Shown here: positions 58,678 to 64,000 of the stretch, in pieces
Layout: every line of letters begins with the position of its first letter
Numbering within the stretch: position 1 is the stretch's first letter
Assembly (NCBI GenBank): GCA_963707955.1
Contig: OY970176.1
Location: forward strand, 384,001 to 448,000
Reading direction: 5' to 3'
DNA from: Candidatus Bathyarchaeota archaeon
Lineage (GTDB): Archaea; Thermoproteota; Bathyarchaeia; Bathyarchaeales; Bathycorpusculaceae
DNA: 64,000 nt
The notes under the pieces: generated by a model
What the model saw: only the letters and a program-made list of their open reading frames with translations
The model's database searches: none
What the model was told of the DNA's origin: nothing
Program-made: the position numbers and the translations under genes

Positions 58678-60642
58678 ATGCTGATTCAAGAGGTAATCCT
58701 CGAGAACTTCATGAGTTACGAGTACGGTAGGGTGCCCTTTAAACCAGGCGTGAATGTCGTCTGTGGACCAAACGGTTCGGGAAAGTCGTCTCTTCTTCTG
58801 GCCATATCCGTGGCTCTAGGGCAGTCCTACACTGAACGCTCTAGGAAACTGAGCGACCTCATACGTTGGGGCAAAGACCAAGCACGGGTGACCTTGGTTC
58901 TAGATAACACTAGGAGAGGAAAGAACAGGCCAGTGCCAAGATTCAACAAAGACCAGATTTTTCTCACACGCGTCCTGAGGCGTGACGGAACGTACTGGTT
59001 CTCTCTTGAAAACCATGCCGTCAATAAGAACGACGTTGAAAGACTCTTGGGAAGGTTGGGCGTTGACCCGGACAACATACTCATCATAATGCATCAGAAC
59101 ATGGTTGAACAGTTCACCGTGCTTTCTACCCAGGAGAAACTGCGAATAGTAGAAGCAGCAGTCGGACTTGAGCCCTACCGTGAAAATGTTTTGCAAGCAC
59201 AGAAAAAGCTGACTCGAATACTAAGCCAGGAAGAGTCAATGAGCAAACTCTTTGAGTCAGCTGAGCAGACATTGAATTACTGGAGAGGACAATACGATAG
59301 GTACCAAGAGAAAAAGCAGTTACAGTCGAAAAGAAGGTTCCTAGAAAGAGAGCTAGCGTGGGCCGAAGTTGCAAGAAGGGAAGAAACGGTAAGACAATTG
59401 GAGGCTGAGAGAAAAAAGCAACAAGGCATTCTTGACCAGATCGAAGAACATACAAGGTCGGCAAAGGGTCAGGTGCAGACTCAGGAACATGAGCGTGTGA
59501 AGCTGAAGGACTACTGGAAACAACTTTTTGACGAACGCCTGAGCTTCGAACGTCAGAAGGCGGGAAACTCATCGACAGTTCCGCTGTATGAACAACTCTT
59601 GAAAGAAACAGCGGCGCTAGAGATGCTCAGTCAAAGCCCTTACAAGGATACAACTCTTGAAACTGGGCAAGTTTCGAGGAGAACAGTGCAGATCAAACTC
59701 CTTAGGAGTGAAGAACTCAAAGAGTTGATACAAAATTCGAAAGAGCATGCCTCAAAATTGGACGCTGAAATAGAAAGAAATGAGATGAAGACGAGGAACT
59801 GGGAAGAAGCAACCGAAAAGGTGAATACTCAAATCTTGAGCCTTCGCATTGAATTGGCGCTTCTGCAATACCGAACGGAGAACGCGACAGCCAACGTCAA
59901 AGAACTCGAAAGATCCCTGAGTGAAGCGAGAACTCGTCTTGATGACACAGTAAAGAAGGTTGAGCAGGTCGGAGCCAGAATTGCAGTAATAGAGGAAGTT
60001 GGTAAAATCCTCGACGAAATACGCGTCACAGAAGGACACTTGGCTGCCCTTTCAGATGTCTCAGAAGACATTGAACGCATGTACGAATCCTATTCAAAAC
60101 TCTATCTTGAATTGAAAGAGAAAGCCCAGCTTGTTGCCGAAAACCGTGAAAAAACACTGGAAGAAGTGAAGACGAGAATGCAGTCTTGGCGAACTGTCAT
60201 CGGAAACCTTCTGGACCACGTCAACTTGGAGTACCAGAAAACCTTAACGCAAGCTCAAGCCGTAGGAGAGGTTAGACTCGCTAACGGCCATGACATAGAG
60301 ACAGCCGGACTCGAAATTCTCGTGGGGTTCAAAGGCGGAAAACCAGTCCCTCTTGACGCTTACACGCAGAGCGGTGGAGAAAGAACAACCGCAACGATGA
60401 GCTTTCTACTGGCCTTACAGCAACACGTTCGTTCCCCGTTTCGCGCCGTCGACGAATACGACATCCACATGGACCCGAAAAACCGTGAACTCGTCGCTCA
60501 GATGCTCGTCTCAAGAGTTAACGATTCAAACGCACAGTACATCGTAATAACTCCAAGCCAAGTGACGTTCACAAAAGAAGGAACAAACATAATCACAGTT
60601 CAAAACATCGAAGGCAAATCGATAATCAGAGAGGTGGCATAA
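58678..60642 (+). CDS. short SMC-family ATPase (SMC5/6-like head)
   Basis: LENFMSY, GPNGSGKSS, Q-loop MHQN, coiled coil, QSGGE, SPFRAVDEYDIHMD. Confidence 0.9.
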   Translation: MLIQEVILENFMSYEYGRVPFKPGVNVVCGPNGSGKSSLLLAISVALGQSYTERSRKLSDLIRWGKDQARVTLVLDNTRRGKNRPVPRFNKDQIFLTRVLRRDGTYWFSLENHAVNKNDVERLLGRLGVDPDNILIIMHQNMVEQFTVLSTQEKLRIVEAAVGLEPYRENVLQAQKKLTRILSQEESMSKLFESAEQTLNYWRGQYDRYQEKKQLQSKRRFLERELAWAEVARREETVRQLEAERKKQQGILDQIEEHTRSAKGQVQTQEHERVKLKDYWKQLFDERLSFERQKAGNSSTVPLYEQLLKETAALEMLSQSPYKDTTLETGQVSRRTVQIKLLRSEELKELIQNSKEHASKLDAEIERNEMKTRNWEEATEKVNTQILSLRIELALLQYRTENATANVKELERSLSEARTRLDDTVKKVEQVGARIAVIEEVGKILDEIRVTEGHLAALSDVSEDIERMYESYSKLYLELKEKAQLVAENREKTLEEVKTRMQSWRTVIGNLLDHVNLEYQKTLTQAQAVGEVRLANGHDIETAGLEILVGFKGGKPVPLDAYTQSGGERTTATMSFLLALQQHVRSPFRAVDEYDIHMDPKNRELVAQMLVSRVNDSNAQYIVITPSQVTFTKEGTNIITVQNIEGKSIIREVA

Positions 60643-61469
60643 TGCAGTCTAGAAAAGCACATGAGAAACTCGGCAGAGAGAAGCTTCAACGCATCATTGA
60701 AACGTGCAGGTCCGTCGAAGAACGGTCGCTTGACCCGTTCTTGATAGACCTTAAGGAGAACATCAGTACGGTCAGAGAATACTTTCCAGAATGGAAGATT
60801 CCAGAAGACCTTTGCTTGGACGCTGAAACCATACATCACCTGGCCTCCGTGGTGAAACTTCAAAGCGAGTGGGTAAAACATCGGTCAACCTCACTCTACA
60901 CAGACCCCTTTGTCCTCGAAGAAAAACTCAGACGATTAGACAAGGAGGAAATCGTTAGAACCTTTATCAAAGCCTGGCATCCCATAGTTGAGTGGGAGCA
61001 GATCTCACTTCACAGCTTGGCCGAAGCCGTCAGGTACTGGAACAGTCTGGTGCCACTCAGAGAAAGGTGGAAGGAAGCCCCTCCGGCCGAAGTTGGCTCA
61101 GGCTCCGCAACGCGCGAAGAGCTGGTTCGCGAAAGGATTCTGCGGGACAAAGCCTTCTCTGAGGAACTCGAGAACTTCTGGCTTCAATTGAAGAACCTCG
61201 TCGCCCAGAAGGGTCAGAACGGAAAGATACGATACTGGGACTTCATCGGCGCAGAATCGTACGAGGAAACCGTGAACAAAGCTTTCATGACAAGCTTCCT
61301 CGTCACATATGGCTATGCCACCTTGGAAATTCACCCGTTGGAAGAAGAAATGTATATTGTACCCTACGAAAAAGCGTTGGTCAAGACGGGAAAAGAGCAG
61401 CTGGTGTCAATACCCATCTCAGTTTCAGCAACTGACTGGCAGAGGTGGAGGCGAGGAGAGCTGAAGTGA
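60642..61469 (+). CDS. putative kleisin (ScpA-like)
   Basis: translationally coupled to SMC; LDPFLIDL N-terminus and winged-helix-like C-terminus. Confidence 0.55.
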   Translation: MQSRKAHEKLGREKLQRIIETCRSVEERSLDPFLIDLKENISTVREYFPEWKIPEDLCLDAETIHHLASVVKLQSEWVKHRSTSLYTDPFVLEEKLRRLDKEEIVRTFIKAWHPIVEWEQISLHSLAEAVRYWNSLVPLRERWKEAPPAEVGSGSATREELVRERILRDKAFSEELENFWLQLKNLVAQKGQNGKIRYWDFIGAESYEETVNKAFMTSFLVTYGYATLEIHPLEEEMYIVPYEKALVKTGKEQLVSIPISVSATDWQRWRRGELK

Positions 61470-62032
61470 GCAAGAGAAAAGCAACGTACGCCAGCAAACT
61501 GAAAAGAGCAACTCACATGCTCTTCTTCAAACGACACGCAAAACCTGGTGTTAAAGGCTGGGAACTCCGTAAGGCTTTGGGCGCTGATTATCCAAAAGTG
61601 TTGAAGATTATGGATGACTACCTGAAGGGCCTTGACCTCGAAGTCAAAACCGTGTTCGAAGAAGGAAAGCAAGTTGAAAAACCGAGTGTCGAACAGCTTG
61701 ACAAGGCCAGATTCTACGTAGCGCTGCGAGGGGAATTGGTGCCTAAAGAAGCAAAGATGATAGGGTGGCGGATAGACGACTTTGCAGGACTGGCAGTCGC
61801 CATTTCCTACGTCTTATCCAAGAAGGGAAAGGCTCCGAGAGAAGAGGTTGAGCAACTGTTGCGAGAAAAGATCCCAGGATGGAAAGTGGGCCTTAACGTT
61901 GACAGGTACATCAGGTATGGTTACCTGACTGAAGACGAAAACGGACAGCTTTACTTGGATTGGAGAACTCGCGCAGAAGTCGACCAAAAAGCTTTGATTG
62001 ACCTTCTTCTGGGAGTGGAGACAAAAACCTAG
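61466..62032 (+). CDS. putative kite/ScpB-like tandem winged-helix protein
   Basis: overlaps the upstream stop (GTGA); size and two wHTH-like halves. Confidence 0.5.
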   Translation: MSKRKATYASKLKRATHMLFFKRHAKPGVKGWELRKALGADYPKVLKIMDDYLKGLDLEVKTVFEEGKQVEKPSVEQLDKARFYVALRGELVPKEAKMIGWRIDDFAGLAVAISYVLSKKGKAPREEVEQLLREKIPGWKVGLNVDRYIRYGYLTEDENGQLYLDWRTRAEVDQKALIDLLLGVETKT

Positions 62033-62050
62033 GAGCTTTATGCACTTGGT

Positions 62051-62230
62051 CTATTTTCTCATCTTGTGGTAGATGAAGGCTATTGCATCGATTACGACCA
62101 GAGCTGCCAGCGCTAACAGCGGACTGCCCAAGAACTGGGATGCGAACGACTCATCTGCGGCTCTGACTGTGCCGATGAGAGCAGAAAGAAGTATTAATGC
62201 GCAAGCGCATGCTTTTACTAGTCGCGCCAT
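62051..62230 (-). CDS. 59-aa membrane microprotein downstream of nusA (not in ORF track)
   Basis: MARLVKACACALILLSALIGTVRAADESFASQFLGSPLLALAALVVIDAIAFIYHKMRK*; GGAG SD. Confidence 0.55.
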   Translation of the reverse strand: MARLVKACACALILLSALIGTVRAADESFASQFLGSPLLALAALVVIDAIAFIYHKMRK

Positions 62231-62249
62231 ACTCTCCGCTTCTCTTAGG

Positions 62250-62683
62250 CTAAGTTATGCTGACGTTCTGTATGTCGAAGTACCGTTTTGCCAAGAACCG
62301 TAACCTTTCAGCGTTTCTGCCGTTCTTTCCTATGGCGACGCCTTTGTCCTTCGGGTTGACAGCGACAACGGCTATCGTCTTGCCGTCTGGTCTTTCGGTT
62401 ATGCGGATCTCTGTGACGGCTGCTGGTTTCAAAGCGTTCTTGATGAATTGGGCGGGTTCTTCTGCGTACTCGATTATCTCGTGTTTCTTCCCAGTCATTC
62501 TTTCTAAAGTGTGGATGTTTCTTCCGCCTCTGCCTATCGCGACGCCCACCTGGCCCTCGTTGACGACGTAGAGCACGCGGGCTTGCTCTTCGTCGATTAT
62601 GCAGTCTTTGACGCTGGCATTGGTTATGCTTTCAAACAGTGCGATGTACCGCATCTCGTTGCTCGTGAACTTTATCCCTGTTG

Positions 62684-62687
<4 letters not shown>
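62250..62687 (-). CDS. nusA: archaeal NusA
   Basis: two KH domains (AIGRGGRNI, AIGKNGRN); canonical operon position. Confidence 0.95.

Positions 62688-64000
<1,313 letters not shown>

Overview
Archaeal chromosomal segment. The gene content suggests a Bathyarchaeia-like TACK archaeon (inference). The window has two zones. About 1-48 kb is a patchwork of accessory genes (radical SAM enzymes, ABC exporters, GNATs, secreted proteases and surface proteins, an IS) around ileS, three intron-less tRNAs and nrdR-nrdD-nrdG. About 48-64 kb is a compact core region: two thiolase/DUF35 pairs, a type III PKS-like enzyme, a B12 acyl-CoA mutase operon, an SMC5/6-like SMC with putative kleisin and kite genes, and nusA-rpl30e-rpoA2. 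The main unexplained signal is a dispersed palindrome, consensus (T)AGCGCGCGCT(A). I counted 24 runs of 8 nt or more by eye. They are almost all intergenic and all lie in the accessory zone. The motif sits at the breakpoints of several gene remnants (putative cas1, tyrosine integrase, HTH, chrB and pyruvate-kinase-like fragments), flanks an AT-rich foreign gene, and is the apparent insertion target of the IS. Nearby are a 415-bp cassette bracketed by split halves of a ~45-bp palindromic site and a ~150-bp structured element present twice in inverted orientation. Several single-base frameshifts in otherwise intact genes look like assembly errors. All family assignments come from motif recognition only; no database searches were run.
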